A stretch of 63,981 nt of DNA, filler included, from Stramenopiles sp. TOSAG23-2 (lineage: Eukaryota): assembly GCA_900128395.1 (NCBI GenBank). It is 3 parts of 3 records of this genome, joined end to end, with 100 filler letters (N's around TTAATTAATTAA, not from the genome) between each part and the next. Parts side by side here need not be neighbours in the genome. Positions count along the whole stretch, not along the records: positions 1 to 23,226 come from LT649493.1; 2 more parts are not named here. The stretch is one strand, 5' to 3'. Positions 11,620-22,451 of this stretch are shown piece by piece. Position numbers and translations under genes: made by a program. Numbering within the stretch: position 1 is the first letter of the stretch; the number at the start of each line of letters is the position of its first letter. The notes under the pieces were generated by a model. It had not been told where the DNA came from. It saw only the letters and a program-made list of their open reading frames with translations, and made no database searches.

Positions 11620-13503
11620 ATGACAGAACATATACCAAGACGACGACCAATAATATGCCATACTTGTAGCATTCTTACAATACCTATTGTTTTGATATTA
11701 CAAGCATTTCTTTCATTATATTTATGTTATAAAACATATGGATTATTTAATTATTACATAATCAATTTAGGATATATCTATCATTTTTTAATTTTTATAT
11801 TTACAAGTTGGGTCTTGAATACCCCACGATGGTTTTATCATTATATGTCATCTCACCCATCAATAGTTTTAACACTTATGTTTGGACCATCAGTACTTTC
11901 TAAAGTGTTATATACGAAATTCTTAAATTTTAAGAAATATAATAGTAATATCTCCATGATGTTGCCTAAGAAAAAGAATAATAATAACACCAATAAATTA
12001 TTGCAATTATCAGCAAGCGCATTATCAATTTTGATAAAAAAGAAAGAAGTGACTGTTGAAGCATTAACACGAATATGTATTCAAGAGGTAAAAGAAAAAA
12101 ATAAATATTTAAATGCAGTAGTAGCTACACGGTATATTGAAGCTATATTAGAGGCAAAAAAACTTGATAATTATCTTACGACGAAATGTAAAAGTAAAAA
12201 AGATATGGCAAAATTATCACCTTTATTTGGCATACCAATTGTTATTAAAGAATGTTTTGAAATGGAGGGAATGCCATATACTGGTGGCATTGTTGGTAGA
12301 ACTGGTATTGTTGGAAAAAAGATATCAACAACTGTTGAACAAGCAATAAACCATGGAATGATTGTTCTCGGCACGTCAAATATAAGTGAAGGTTGTATGT
12401 TTCATGAAAGTAATAATTTAATATATGGCCAAACAAATAATCCGTATAATTTATCACGTTCTCCTGGTGGATCATCAGGTGGATGCGCGGCTATTTGTGC
12501 AGCAGGTGCAGTGCCTTTGGTAATATGTAGTGATGTTGGGGGTAGTATACGTATTCCTTCCTTTTTTTGTGGTCTATTTGGTCATAAACCAACAGGTGGT
12601 ATGGTATCGAATGAAAATACGTACCCACTAACTGGTCCAGATGGCGTTGATCGATTTTGTCAATTAGGTCCAGTAGCAAGACATGCTGAAGATTTATATC
12701 CTTTTTTAAAAATATTAAAAAAACCATCAAAAAAACTTATGGATCCAAAGAACGTTGATTTGAAAAATATTACCATATTCGTAGTTGAAAAGCCATTGAC
12801 TAGTTATTTATTACGTTCGAAACTGGATCCAGAATTGAAATCTGCATGCGATTATGCTGTAAATGTATTAAAAGATCATGTAAAAGATGTGAAATATATT
12901 ACCATGGGTAATTTTGCATCTGGAATTAATAGTTTTAGCTGGTGGGGTGCGAATATGGATACTGAAAAACCCGAGCCATTTATTGATACAATTACGGAAG
13001 GTTTAGGAAATTGTGATAATGATATCATTGACGATGCAGATGATAATAACAATTATTATTATTACCCAACCATAGAAGTAGTGAAGGCGATGTTTGGTAT
13101 TACAAAAACGCATACAATGCCAGCAATTGGTTTAGGTGCTTTGGAAATGCTTCTTAATTTATTTCCAAATGAACGTGTACGTTTATTGAAAGAATTTAAA
13201 GAAGAGAAAAAAAAAATGGATGATTTATTAAACAATACAAATGCAGTACTAATATACCCAACATTACCAACAACTGCATTTTATCATCACGAAGGCTTAA
13301 TTCGTTTTTTTGATGTTGCAAATACATGCATTATGAATGCATTGGAGTACCCAGCTACAAATATACCCCTTGGTATCTCAAAAGAGAATGGTATGCCATT
13401 AGGTGTTCAATGTGCATCGACACAATGGAATGATCATAAAACTATTGCAATTGCAAAGTTTTTAGAGGAACAAGGTGTGGCATATTGGAGTTCTCCAAAT
13501 TGA
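11620..13503 (+). CDS. FAAH2: Amidase-signature enzyme, fatty-acid amide hydrolase 2-like, with N-terminal TM helices
   Basis: PLFGIPIVIKE (catalytic Lys), GGSSGG and SDVGGSIRIP (Ser-cisSer-Lys triad), GLFGHKPT, GMPLGVQ. Confidence 0.88.
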   Translation: MTEHIPRRRPIICHTCSILTIPIVLILQAFLSLYLCYKTYGLFNYYIINLGYIYHFLIFIFTSWVLNTPRWFYHYMSSHPSIVLTLMFGPSVLSKVLYTKFLNFKKYNSNISMMLPKKKNNNNTNKLLQLSASALSILIKKKEVTVEALTRICIQEVKEKNKYLNAVVATRYIEAILEAKKLDNYLTTKCKSKKDMAKLSPLFGIPIVIKECFEMEGMPYTGGIVGRTGIVGKKISTTVEQAINHGMIVLGTSNISEGCMFHESNNLIYGQTNNPYNLSRSPGGSSGGCAAICAAGAVPLVICSDVGGSIRIPSFFCGLFGHKPTGGMVSNENTYPLTGPDGVDRFCQLGPVARHAEDLYPFLKILKKPSKKLMDPKNVDLKNITIFVVEKPLTSYLLRSKLDPELKSACDYAVNVLKDHVKDVKYITMGNFASGINSFSWWGANMDTEKPEPFIDTITEGLGNCDNDIIDDADDNNNYYYYPTIEVVKAMFGITKTHTMPAIGLGALEMLLNLFPNERVRLLKEFKEEKKKMDDLLNNTNAVLIYPTLPTTAFYHHEGLIRFFDVANTCIMNALEYPATNIPLGISKENGMPLGVQCASTQWNDHKTIAIAKFLEEQGVAYWSSPN

Positions 13504-13728
13504 TACACATATGATACCGAATGTACGGGGGAAACTTGTCAATATGAGAGAGAGGGTTGGTAAAAAAATTAAAAAAAAAATAAAAACATACGTGTACACG
13601 AATATTTTTCTAAATCAGCATATCGTAAATTAATACGTTCGTAAAATATATATGCATAATATATCTCCCTGTACATATATTTTTCATATACTTCGTAAAT
13701 ATTACACACACACACACTTTTTTTTTTT

Positions 13729-16700
13729 TTACAATTTCTTTGTTCGATCTTTTAGTGTCATAATAAGACATGTAACAATTCTTATGAATATACCCCATGC
13801 AAACATGGCACAAAGATTTCTTTCAAAATTATCAAATGAATATCCAAATACTTCATCCATTGTGTCTTCCATACGCACTCCTAATGAATCGCTAACAGCT
13901 TGATGACGTGCGGCTTCCTTCAGATAGAAATTTTCACTAGCATATCTTAAGAAAGATAGGTTGTATAATATGTTCAGCGGGAAAACATCTTTTTGCATCA
14001 TTGGTATTGTGGATACGGCCCCACTATATAATTGATTCACAAATACAAAGACGAAACCACACAATTGAGCTAAATTTGGTTCCACGACAATCGATACAAA
14101 CATACCAACACCATATGCACAATAATAAACTGGCATTAAGCAGATAAATACCTCTGTATTATTCATTAGAGGCGATGCAATTGCTTTAAATATTAATTGG
14201 AAAAAAAAGGTTCCAAACATAATTTGTGGCAACGATGCTATATCTTTTGCACAAAAATATGCAATGCTTCCTCGTGGCTGGTCAATCCCCGCTGCCTCTC
14301 GAAAATACACTATCCTTTCTCTTCCAAAAATGCGGACTGCAGAGGCACATCCTGCTAACGACATTGCCATCAACGTCATGGATGCACGGGGTAAAATTTT
14401 GTCACTAACTCCGACAGTTAATTTTTGCAACATATCTTGTACAGGTTCTGGGCAACCTACGAAGTTACTTTTTGCGGCAGGAGGTTCCCACCAGGGTGTT
14501 GTTACAAATGAGATACCAAGGAAAAATGCAGCAACAACAACAAATAAATTGTCAATGGCAATATCAAATAGATGCCTTCCTTGTTGGGTAAATGCGCGTC
14601 TCATAAACAAATAGAACATTTTCCAAATGCTAGCTTGCTCTCTTTTTACTAAAACATTATCTTCAATTCCACCAACACTTGCATTGTTCGTACCTGGCAT
14701 TTTACGTTGTTGATGTTTGTTCCACATTTCAAATAGTCTTTCTGCATCAAATTTACCGCGTTCTCCTTTTCTCTTTACATCGCCAGCAATTACATCCATA
14801 AAAAAATCCGCAGGATTCGTTCTTGCTGGACAAAAAAAACCAATGCTTTCAAAATATTTTATAGCACCTTCCGACGGGCCCAGATACACCGTTTGACCGC
14901 CTTTGCCCAGTAGCAACACATCATGAAACATTGTAAAAATTTCATACCGTGGTTGATGAATAACAGTGATTACTGTTATTCCTGTATCTGCAATATCTCT
15001 TAAAGCTTTACAAACATCGAGGGAGCTAGTTGAATCTAATCCGCTAGTAGGCTCATCTAGAAATAATACAGAAGGTTCTGCTACCATCTCTAATCCGATG
15101 TTCACACGTTTTCGTTGCCCGCCACTAATACCCCTAGTATTTTCGTCACCAATGCGCGAATGTCTAATTTCTCGAAGGTCTAGCAAGTCTATACACTTTC
15201 GTATTTTTCTTCTTTTCTCAACAGCATTATATTTCGAACTTAGCCGAATGTTTCCAGAGTATTGCAAATTTTCTTTTACTGTCATATCTCGCATCATTAT
15301 ATCCTCTTGTGGAACAAATCCAACAATTCGTTTGTATTTCGATAAGCTTTCATTGACACCGTTAATCAAGACAGTTCCAGTTTGGTCGCCATAATATGCT
15401 TTTCCAGCTAATGTTGTCATAAATGTAGATTTTCCTGCACCTGATGGCCCCATCACTGCCGTAACCTTTCCATGCATGATTTCACCAGTTACCCCTTTCA
15501 AAACACTTTTTCCAGAGCCTTTAATATCTAAGCCCAAATTTTCAAATTTGAAATCGATTTTAAATTTAGTATCTGCAATTGCAGATAATTCTGACGAGGA
15601 TGCTATTGAAGACTCAGCACGTTGCTCTAATAATGATGAATGTCCTTTCTCTGCAATTTCCTTTACTTCTTCCTCACCAATATATCCAAAACTTTTCAAT
15701 TTATTTGCGTCATTTTCAGAAGTAGTTCGTTCTGCAATTGTTCTTTCAATTGCACTTTGTCGGGCAGGATTCAAAATTGCCATATCCATTTGCTTACGAT
15801 GATCCTCCCTCTTATCCCTCTCTTTATTCCGTATGTAGGTATACAATTTCGTCAAACAATATGCCCCAAGAGACACAGCCACCATCAGAACATACGGCCA
15901 GATAGGCAATGAAATGTTACTTCCCTCTTTACACACTTCAAACAATTTACATTTTATAGGTACCGTATTACCTTCTGGGCAATAATAACCTTGAGGACAT
16001 ATTTTCCTTACAGTTGGGTCGGAACAGTAATATCCAGCAGGGCATGGGTAAAAGTCATATGAACCAGCAGGACAATATAAAGTTAATGGGCATTCCACTG
16101 GTGGCTCAATACGTGTCCCATCTCCTGGTGCTTCACTGCCCAAATGTAGTTTGCACACATACCCAGCCTTGCAAGATTCTGGAACAATAGTTGCTTCTTT
16201 GCAGTATTGAACCCCTGGGCATTCATCGCAAATATGGTCTACATCATTTGGGCACTTGCATAATATATCTGGAAAACGACAAATCCGTGGTACGTAATCT
16301 GATGGAGTCAAACAATATGTTTGCGCCGGGCAGCTGATGTCATTGTATATACTGCTACCAATTGAACAGAATTCTCCAGGTGTACAATTTGTCAAGACAT
16401 TTTCTTTATGCATTACCATTTTCGGTGTCGAATCTTTCAAATGATACGTTTTTGCCAATACAATTTTCTGTTTCATCCCTGGCGAAGCTGGAAAAGGTGG
16501 CATGTATGGCGCAATTGATATTGTACCGTTTGGCGAATCGACATATTCTGTTAACCCTGTTGCAAAACAGTTACTTAACCCCCCTTGAGTCGTTTCACAT
16601 TTTTCTGGAACGCTCATTCCTTCCTTTCCACATTTAAATCCTATTGGACATGGATGCATGCCTTGCTTACAAAAATTACCCTTTTCGCATAATATTTTTT

Positions 16701-19158
16701 CAAAACCAAAATTATTATAATAACCATCTTCAACTTGACCCAACCGTTCCTCTGTTAATGATGGGCAAGTCATACCAGGCAAACATAATGTCGTAATTTG
16801 TAAAAAATCTTGTAATCCTGGCAACCTTGGCTGCTTTGCTCCTTCGGCCTTACAATCTAACTTGGATGCTATCTCACTTAATGTTTTATTTGTTGGATCC
16901 TTGTTGTACATTTTGCACAGATCAAATCTTCTAACCATGGTATCTAATTGCCATTTCTTTCGCTGCAATGATATGAAGACATAATGTGAATTATGACTTG
17001 TATAAAATGTCAACGCTTTTCCCACCAGTCGCAATGTATTAATCTGACCAATATACAAAATATTGCCATCAGAAGGTGAAGTGACATAATCATCGCCTTC
17101 AGCGTTGCATTGGTTCAACGTCTCATGTGCTTGAAATATATGCATCAAATAATCACCCGCTGTTGCGTATATCGTAAACACTTGTGCTTCCATTTGCGGA
17201 AGTGTGGCTATGTTTTCCAATGATACCCCGCTAAGCGATGCGTCGCCAGCATCGTGTCCTTGCTGTGCCGGTACGTCAGGTATATTCGCAGACTGTTCCG
17301 GGGATAAATTATTCCGAATATTGTTTTGTAATTGCTTTTGCACATCAGCTGGAGCATCAGGTCCAACACTAGATCTTACGATACAATTTGTATTATATGT
17401 ACTACAATTAGTCTCATCTGCTAATTTTTTGGCTTCATGATTAATTCCTCTCCATGCTATGTCAATTTCAGTAATTTGAGCAGTTGCAGATTTGTAGAAA
17501 TTTGTTTGCGGCCTTGTTTTGCAGACTTTCTCTATTTTATCGTAATACTGCGCATTGCTTTTCAAGACGCTGCAATTATTACTAACTACGCTAGGATTGG
17601 CATCACCTAGACTTGTTTCTACAATTTCAATCATATCCAATTTAAAAATATCACCTTTGTTGCTTTTTTTTGAGGATTCCAAGATCGCCCATAACTTTTG
17701 ATTGTATTTTATATTTGTATCTGGTATTGATGAATGTTGATTATGCGATGTATTTGTTAGTGGGTTTACAACGCTAATATTTGCTTTTTTCTCTTTATCA
17801 TTAATAGGTGGACCACCGAACATAAGCTTAACTAAACCAAATTCAAATTCATCATCTAATTGATAAAATATAAATTGGGTTGCAAATGATTCATCTTTTA
17901 CAACAATTGAGTTCTGAATGTTATAGGTTTCTACTTGTGAGAATCCACATCCAGCACAATTTGCATTTGCATTCCGTCCAATGAATTGAAACGTTTGTAT
18001 ATTATTACTTGGGCAATTCGTTGTACATTTTTCATTTACAATTTGACCACCACTTCCGGGATTCAAATATCCTTTCACTTGATCATATGCTGCTACAAAA
18101 AAATATTTAGATATGGTAAATGCCATCAGTTGTAGGTTATCACAACCATTTCCAGCTTTAAATGGATTGGCCGATTTTCGCTTAGTTGCCGGGCAGTTTA
18201 GAAAAACTTGTTCTACATCAATATTGACAGACGCACTCATAGGTGTGTCTATATCTATCCCCCATGCCTTGTTTACAATAACATCAGCTACTCCATCACC
18301 TGTAGCATTTAATACAACTGGATAAAACATAAATCGATGCTTGTTATTATTTCCTACTACATCAGTATTACTTGATTTATAATATATAACATGAGTCATT
18401 AAATATGCCATACTCTGATTGCGCATAAACCATACTAATGGATTTTTGCCACCACCATATTTTACCGCATCAAACCCACTTGCCTTGTTTGGTCTTGGTA
18501 TTATAATTTGACCGATTCGATTAATGTTCCATGATCGTGATGTACTAGTACCATTGTCCATTATTGGTAAACCAACGTGTAAAATATCAATTAACAATGG
18601 AGCTGCACTATTTTGATCTGTCGCAGTTCCAGCAAATGCAACTGTTTGAGAAGTAGGGTCGGGATTCGCAAGAACTTTTAACGAGCTTAATATATATTTT
18701 GATTCCATATTACTTGCTATATTTTGAAAATTATCTTCCATGAAGACTTGGTTCGATCCTTGGTTGTTTTTTAAATTTGCAGTGTACATTAAACTTAATT
18801 TGTGGTTTGACACTCCGCCCGGAAAGACATTGTACACCATCGTACAATCACTATCCCAATGATCACTATCACATTTGTATTTATTGCCAAACTCTGTTGA
18901 GTTTTGCGTATTAAAAATACCATTGGTTGGTATTCTTGGAATAATAAATGGATTGCGATACTTACACCACGACGGTGATAATGATGCAGATACATCACAT
19001 CTCGTCCTTTGACGTATTGAGTTACAAGTTGATTGTATTGTTTCGTTATCCAAATTATTATTATATGGCAGGGAAGATGCTGTATTACCTATATATAATA
19101 ATATGACCAATCCAAGGAACAATGTAAATTTTTTCATGGTAAATATATATCGATCCAT
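13729..19158 (-). CDS. ABCG half-transporter with a signal peptide and a ~1050-aa ectodomain ending in Cys-rich (CPAGYYC) repeats
   Basis: GPSGAGKS, ISGGQRKR, LFLDEPTSGLD, IHQPR and NPADF motifs, with a C-terminal TMD. A TM helix (IWPYVLMVAVSLGAYCL) precedes the NBD. Intronless. Confidence 0.93.
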   Translation of the reverse strand: MDRYIFTMKKFTLFLGLVILLYIGNTASSLPYNNNLDNETIQSTCNSIRQRTRCDVSASLSPSWCKYRNPFIIPRIPTNGIFNTQNSTEFGNKYKCDSDHWDSDCTMVYNVFPGGVSNHKLSLMYTANLKNNQGSNQVFMEDNFQNIASNMESKYILSSLKVLANPDPTSQTVAFAGTATDQNSAAPLLIDILHVGLPIMDNGTSTSRSWNINRIGQIIIPRPNKASGFDAVKYGGGKNPLVWFMRNQSMAYLMTHVIYYKSSNTDVVGNNNKHRFMFYPVVLNATGDGVADVIVNKAWGIDIDTPMSASVNIDVEQVFLNCPATKRKSANPFKAGNGCDNLQLMAFTISKYFFVAAYDQVKGYLNPGSGGQIVNEKCTTNCPSNNIQTFQFIGRNANANCAGCGFSQVETYNIQNSIVVKDESFATQFIFYQLDDEFEFGLVKLMFGGPPINDKEKKANISVVNPLTNTSHNQHSSIPDTNIKYNQKLWAILESSKKSNKGDIFKLDMIEIVETSLGDANPSVVSNNCSVLKSNAQYYDKIEKVCKTRPQTNFYKSATAQITEIDIAWRGINHEAKKLADETNCSTYNTNCIVRSSVGPDAPADVQKQLQNNIRNNLSPEQSANIPDVPAQQGHDAGDASLSGVSLENIATLPQMEAQVFTIYATAGDYLMHIFQAHETLNQCNAEGDDYVTSPSDGNILYIGQINTLRLVGKALTFYTSHNSHYVFISLQRKKWQLDTMVRRFDLCKMYNKDPTNKTLSEIASKLDCKAEGAKQPRLPGLQDFLQITTLCLPGMTCPSLTEERLGQVEDGYYNNFGFEKILCEKGNFCKQGMHPCPIGFKCGKEGMSVPEKCETTQGGLSNCFATGLTEYVDSPNGTISIAPYMPPFPASPGMKQKIVLAKTYHLKDSTPKMVMHKENVLTNCTPGEFCSIGSSIYNDISCPAQTYCLTPSDYVPRICRFPDILCKCPNDVDHICDECPGVQYCKEATIVPESCKAGYVCKLHLGSEAPGDGTRIEPPVECPLTLYCPAGSYDFYPCPAGYYCSDPTVRKICPQGYYCPEGNTVPIKCKLFEVCKEGSNISLPIWPYVLMVAVSLGAYCLTKLYTYIRNKERDKREDHRKQMDMAILNPARQSAIERTIAERTTSENDANKLKSFGYIGEEEVKEIAEKGHSSLLEQRAESSIASSSELSAIADTKFKIDFKFENLGLDIKGSGKSVLKGVTGEIMHGKVTAVMGPSGAGKSTFMTTLAGKAYYGDQTGTVLINGVNESLSKYKRIVGFVPQEDIMMRDMTVKENLQYSGNIRLSSKYNAVEKRRKIRKCIDLLDLREIRHSRIGDENTRGISGGQRKRVNIGLEMVAEPSVLFLDEPTSGLDSTSSLDVCKALRDIADTGITVITVIHQPRYEIFTMFHDVLLLGKGGQTVYLGPSEGAIKYFESIGFFCPARTNPADFFMDVIAGDVKRKGERGKFDAERLFEMWNKHQQRKMPGTNNASVGGIEDNVLVKREQASIWKMFYLFMRRAFTQQGRHLFDIAIDNLFVVVAAFFLGISFVTTPWWEPPAAKSNFVGCPEPVQDMLQKLTVGVSDKILPRASMTLMAMSLAGCASAVRIFGRERIVYFREAAGIDQPRGSIAYFCAKDIASLPQIMFGTFFFQLIFKAIASPLMNNTEVFICLMPVYYCAYGVGMFVSIVVEPNLAQLCGFVFVFVNQLYSGAVSTIPMMQKDVFPLNILYNLSFLRYASENFYLKEAARHQAVSDSLGVRMEDTMDEVFGYSFDNFERNLCAMFAWGIFIRIVTCLIMTLKDRTKKL

Positions 19159-19768
19159 CTACATATATAGCTTTAATTAATAATGAAATTGAATAAATAA
19201 TAGTAGCATACGTATAGATATATATGTTTGTTTGTTTGGATATATGTATGCATACTGTCCGTTATGGTGCATAATATGTGAATTGTTTGTGGCCAAGCTG
19301 GATCTTTCTTTGGATCTTTGTAGATGAAAAAATGTCAAATAATCACAACACTATACTATTTCCCTGTTAATAAGACATTTTATCTTGGCTGAAAATTTCC
19401 CCTACCACCAGTAGTGCGTAGTGGTATTTCTACATTCAAGCTGAATGTATAAAAACTTTAGTTTTCCTACGACATATGCACATATTATACTATATATTTG
19501 TACTTCATTATAATATTTTCATATACTTTTGGGAAAATATACATTTTGGAATTCGTATGTGAAAATTCTCTGTTTCTGTCCTTAAATGGATTTCAGGAGG
19601 GGTTCTCTCTGGTTCTTCCTCCAGCGGTCCGAGTTTTTGCGCACTCAAGGCACCCATTATTATTATTTAATATTTATATTTTTGTATTTATATTTACTAT
19701 GTGCAACATTAGAAAGGAAGAGAGAGGTACATAGAGAGAACTTTACAACGGTTGAACAATAGAAAATC

Positions 19769-20281
19769 ATGTCCCGTGCATTTTTACTACGTAGAAATAT
19801 ATTGTCATTGGCAAGAAATTTCACCTCCTCTTCATCTGGTGGATATGAAGCGTCGCAGCCATTTCATTTAGCAGTACCTGTTCACTCACTTAAAGCAGCA
19901 AAAGATTTTTACGGGGGAATTTTAAAATTACCAGAAGGTAGAAGTAGTACCAGTTGGCAAGATTATGATTTATATGGCAACCAATTAGTTTGTCATGTAG
20001 TTGGGGAGGATTATCGTAATACTGATTATTTTAACCCAGTCGACGATGATGAAGTGCCAGTAGCACATTTTGGTGCTTGTCTGTCATCAAGTGCGTTTGA
20101 TGAATTAGCGAATAATTTAAAAGAACATGGTGTAAAATTTATTATTGAACCACATTTGCGTTTTAAAGGGCAACCAGGTGAGCAAAAAACAATGTTTTTT
20201 AAAGATCCATCAAATAACAATCTGGAATTTAAATGCATGTCAAATCCATCTTATTTATTCGAAAGTGAAGGTAATTATTGA
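19769..20281 (+). CDS. VOC/glyoxalase-family protein (bacterial extradiol-dioxygenase-like) with a predicted mitochondrial presequence
   Basis: PFHLAVPV..L..AKDFYG, HFG, RFKGQPGEQKTMFFKDPSNNNLEFK. The N-terminus MSRAFLLRRNILSLARNFTSS is Arg/Ser-rich and has no acidic residues. Confidence 0.88.
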   Translation: MSRAFLLRRNILSLARNFTSSSSGGYEASQPFHLAVPVHSLKAAKDFYGGILKLPEGRSSTSWQDYDLYGNQLVCHVVGEDYRNTDYFNPVDDDEVPVAHFGACLSSSAFDELANNLKEHGVKFIIEPHLRFKGQPGEQKTMFFKDPSNNNLEFKCMSNPSYLFESEGNY

Positions 20282-20510
20282 AAAATGAAAAAAAGGTACG
20301 GAAAGAGTCTATAATATATGATATGTGATATATATATATATATTTTATATAAATGCATACATATATTTTTATTATATTTTTTAAATATCATATTTTAAAA
20401 TTTTTATTTACTAAAAAATAAAAATTATATTAAAAAATGCGCTGATATGATATCATATGACTATGATAGTTGTTATGGGGTACACAACACACCAAAACTC
20501 TCTTTTTTAA

Positions 20511-22451
20511 TTACGAGGAAGACAACAAACAACCTCTGAATATCTTCTCATACTTTTCCATTGTGTTATGTTTCAAATAATCGCGTTTAACTCTAGCTCT
20601 ACCACGTTGTCCAATTCTTTTTCTTTTTTGTTTATTCTGTATTAAATGCAACATAATATTCATGATTTTGTCCATAATAATAATAGATGATGATGATTTT
20701 GACGATGAAGAGGACAATGGAGTAGATAAATCAATTCCAACAGATGCTATATCATCGAGATATTCCATCGATCCACTTTCAAGTCCGAATGCAACTACAG
20801 GTATACCTAAAGCCATAGCTTCTACATTAGATATACAAAGAGTTTCTGTAAGCACAGTTGGATTTAAAAAGATATCAAATTTTGATAAATGTAAAGGTAA
20901 TTCTTTATTATCTACGAATCCTAGAAAGTTTATATCATCAATTACATCTAATTGCTTTGCTAAATATTTCAAATCATTCATCGCTGGGCCATTTCCAATA
21001 ATAACATATTTAGCTTTGATATTGTATTGTAGTTTCAAAACCGATGCTATTGTTATGAATAAACCAATATTTTTTCCATACGCTAAACGAGACACAACAC
21101 CAATTGTTACTAACTTGCCTTTATCTTTCTCATAGGCAGCATGCGTATTAAATTGTTTCTCTACCAATGATGAAGTTGGTGATTCGTCAATATTATTGTT
21201 ATAGTAGTTGATCATATCTCCAACAGATGGGGATATATGACATAATTCAAATGATTGTTGCTTTTTTAACATCATATATTTCTTTACTAAAGTATACGTA
21301 AAAATAGAAGGTGCAATTACTAAATCTATATCTTCGTCTTGCAAAGTCTCGAAATTCCAATGAGACATCTCAACAACAATTCGTTTCACACCAGCATATC
21401 GAGCAGCTCGTATATATATTTTCGTGGAAATATCATCTGGATTTGGAAAGACAGCAATATCTGTTGTCGTAAATACAGTGGTAATATTTTTCCAAACCTC
21501 GTTTAACCAATTTAATTTACTTGCTGGTGCTATGTGATTTTCAATCGTTTGTTCATTTACATGTTTTCTTTTAAAGTCGCTATACATTAATAACAAATTG
21601 GTCGTATATGTTTCATTCAATTGCCAATGTTTATTTACATTATCGATATTAATTCGTACATTTAGCAACGGTACATTGCGTTGATTTAAAGCCTTTTCTA
21701 AGTATTTTCCATTAACACTGTCTGTATTACCCCAAAAATTTAAATATTGAAATTTGAAATATTCATGATGATCATGATTGTTGTTCGTATTAATGTTTGA
21801 CATCTGTTCCAACCATATTATACGCTGACCATCCATTTTCAAATTTCCTAAATATGTGATTGTTTTTGCTTCATGATTACCGGATTTTGCTTGTTTATCA
21901 TTATTTTTTTGTTGTGATAACAATAAGGATGGACATGTTTTTTCAAATAAATCAAAATCTTCTTTGTTATAAGTGTCATATGGCTTTTTCCTAAATGCAT
22001 CAGGTCCAGGTAAAACTGAAAATATTCGCGTTTGTGTATCAATAATTTCGTTTGTACTTAATGAAATCAATTGTAATTCCAATTTGTATGTACCATATAT
22101 TGTGTATGTTACCCAAGCGTTTTTGTTATTAATATAGTCATAAATAATACTTTGTCTTCTTTCTCCTTTACGTAACTTATCAACAGAAGAGGTTGATTCT
22201 AGACTTAATTTTAAAAAATATTTTTTTTCCCGATGTTTGTTATTATTATCATCGTCGCGTACATTCCATTGTATGTTAAACTCGCTATTTTTTGATTGTA
22301 TAATATCTCCTTGCATTGGTGATAATAAAGATAGTTTCCCATCTTTACATTCTCTTTCTTTAGCATTGATAATTGAAAATAATAGTATTAATATAGTAAT
22401 TGTTGTTTTATAATATTTTACATTTGCGTAGGTACTATGTCGCAGTATCAT
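20511..22451 (-). CDS. GT4 (GT-B fold) glycosyltransferase, secretory pathway
   Basis: IGVVSRLAYGKN, IIGNGP, FLGFV, DIFLNPTVLTETLCISNVEAMALGIPVV (E-x7-E), and an N-terminal hydrophobic segment. Confidence 0.85.
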   Translation of the reverse strand: MILRHSTYANVKYYKTTITILILLFSIINAKERECKDGKLSLLSPMQGDIIQSKNSEFNIQWNVRDDDNNNKHREKKYFLKLSLESTSSVDKLRKGERRQSIIYDYINNKNAWVTYTIYGTYKLELQLISLSTNEIIDTQTRIFSVLPGPDAFRKKPYDTYNKEDFDLFEKTCPSLLLSQQKNNDKQAKSGNHEAKTITYLGNLKMDGQRIIWLEQMSNINTNNNHDHHEYFKFQYLNFWGNTDSVNGKYLEKALNQRNVPLLNVRINIDNVNKHWQLNETYTTNLLLMYSDFKRKHVNEQTIENHIAPASKLNWLNEVWKNITTVFTTTDIAVFPNPDDISTKIYIRAARYAGVKRIVVEMSHWNFETLQDEDIDLVIAPSIFTYTLVKKYMMLKKQQSFELCHISPSVGDMINYYNNNIDESPTSSLVEKQFNTHAAYEKDKGKLVTIGVVSRLAYGKNIGLFITIASVLKLQYNIKAKYVIIGNGPAMNDLKYLAKQLDVIDDINFLGFVDNKELPLHLSKFDIFLNPTVLTETLCISNVEAMALGIPVVAFGLESGSMEYLDDIASVGIDLSTPLSSSSSKSSSSIIIMDKIMNIMLHLIQNKQKRKRIGQRGRARVKRDYLKHNTMEKYEKIFRGCLLSSS

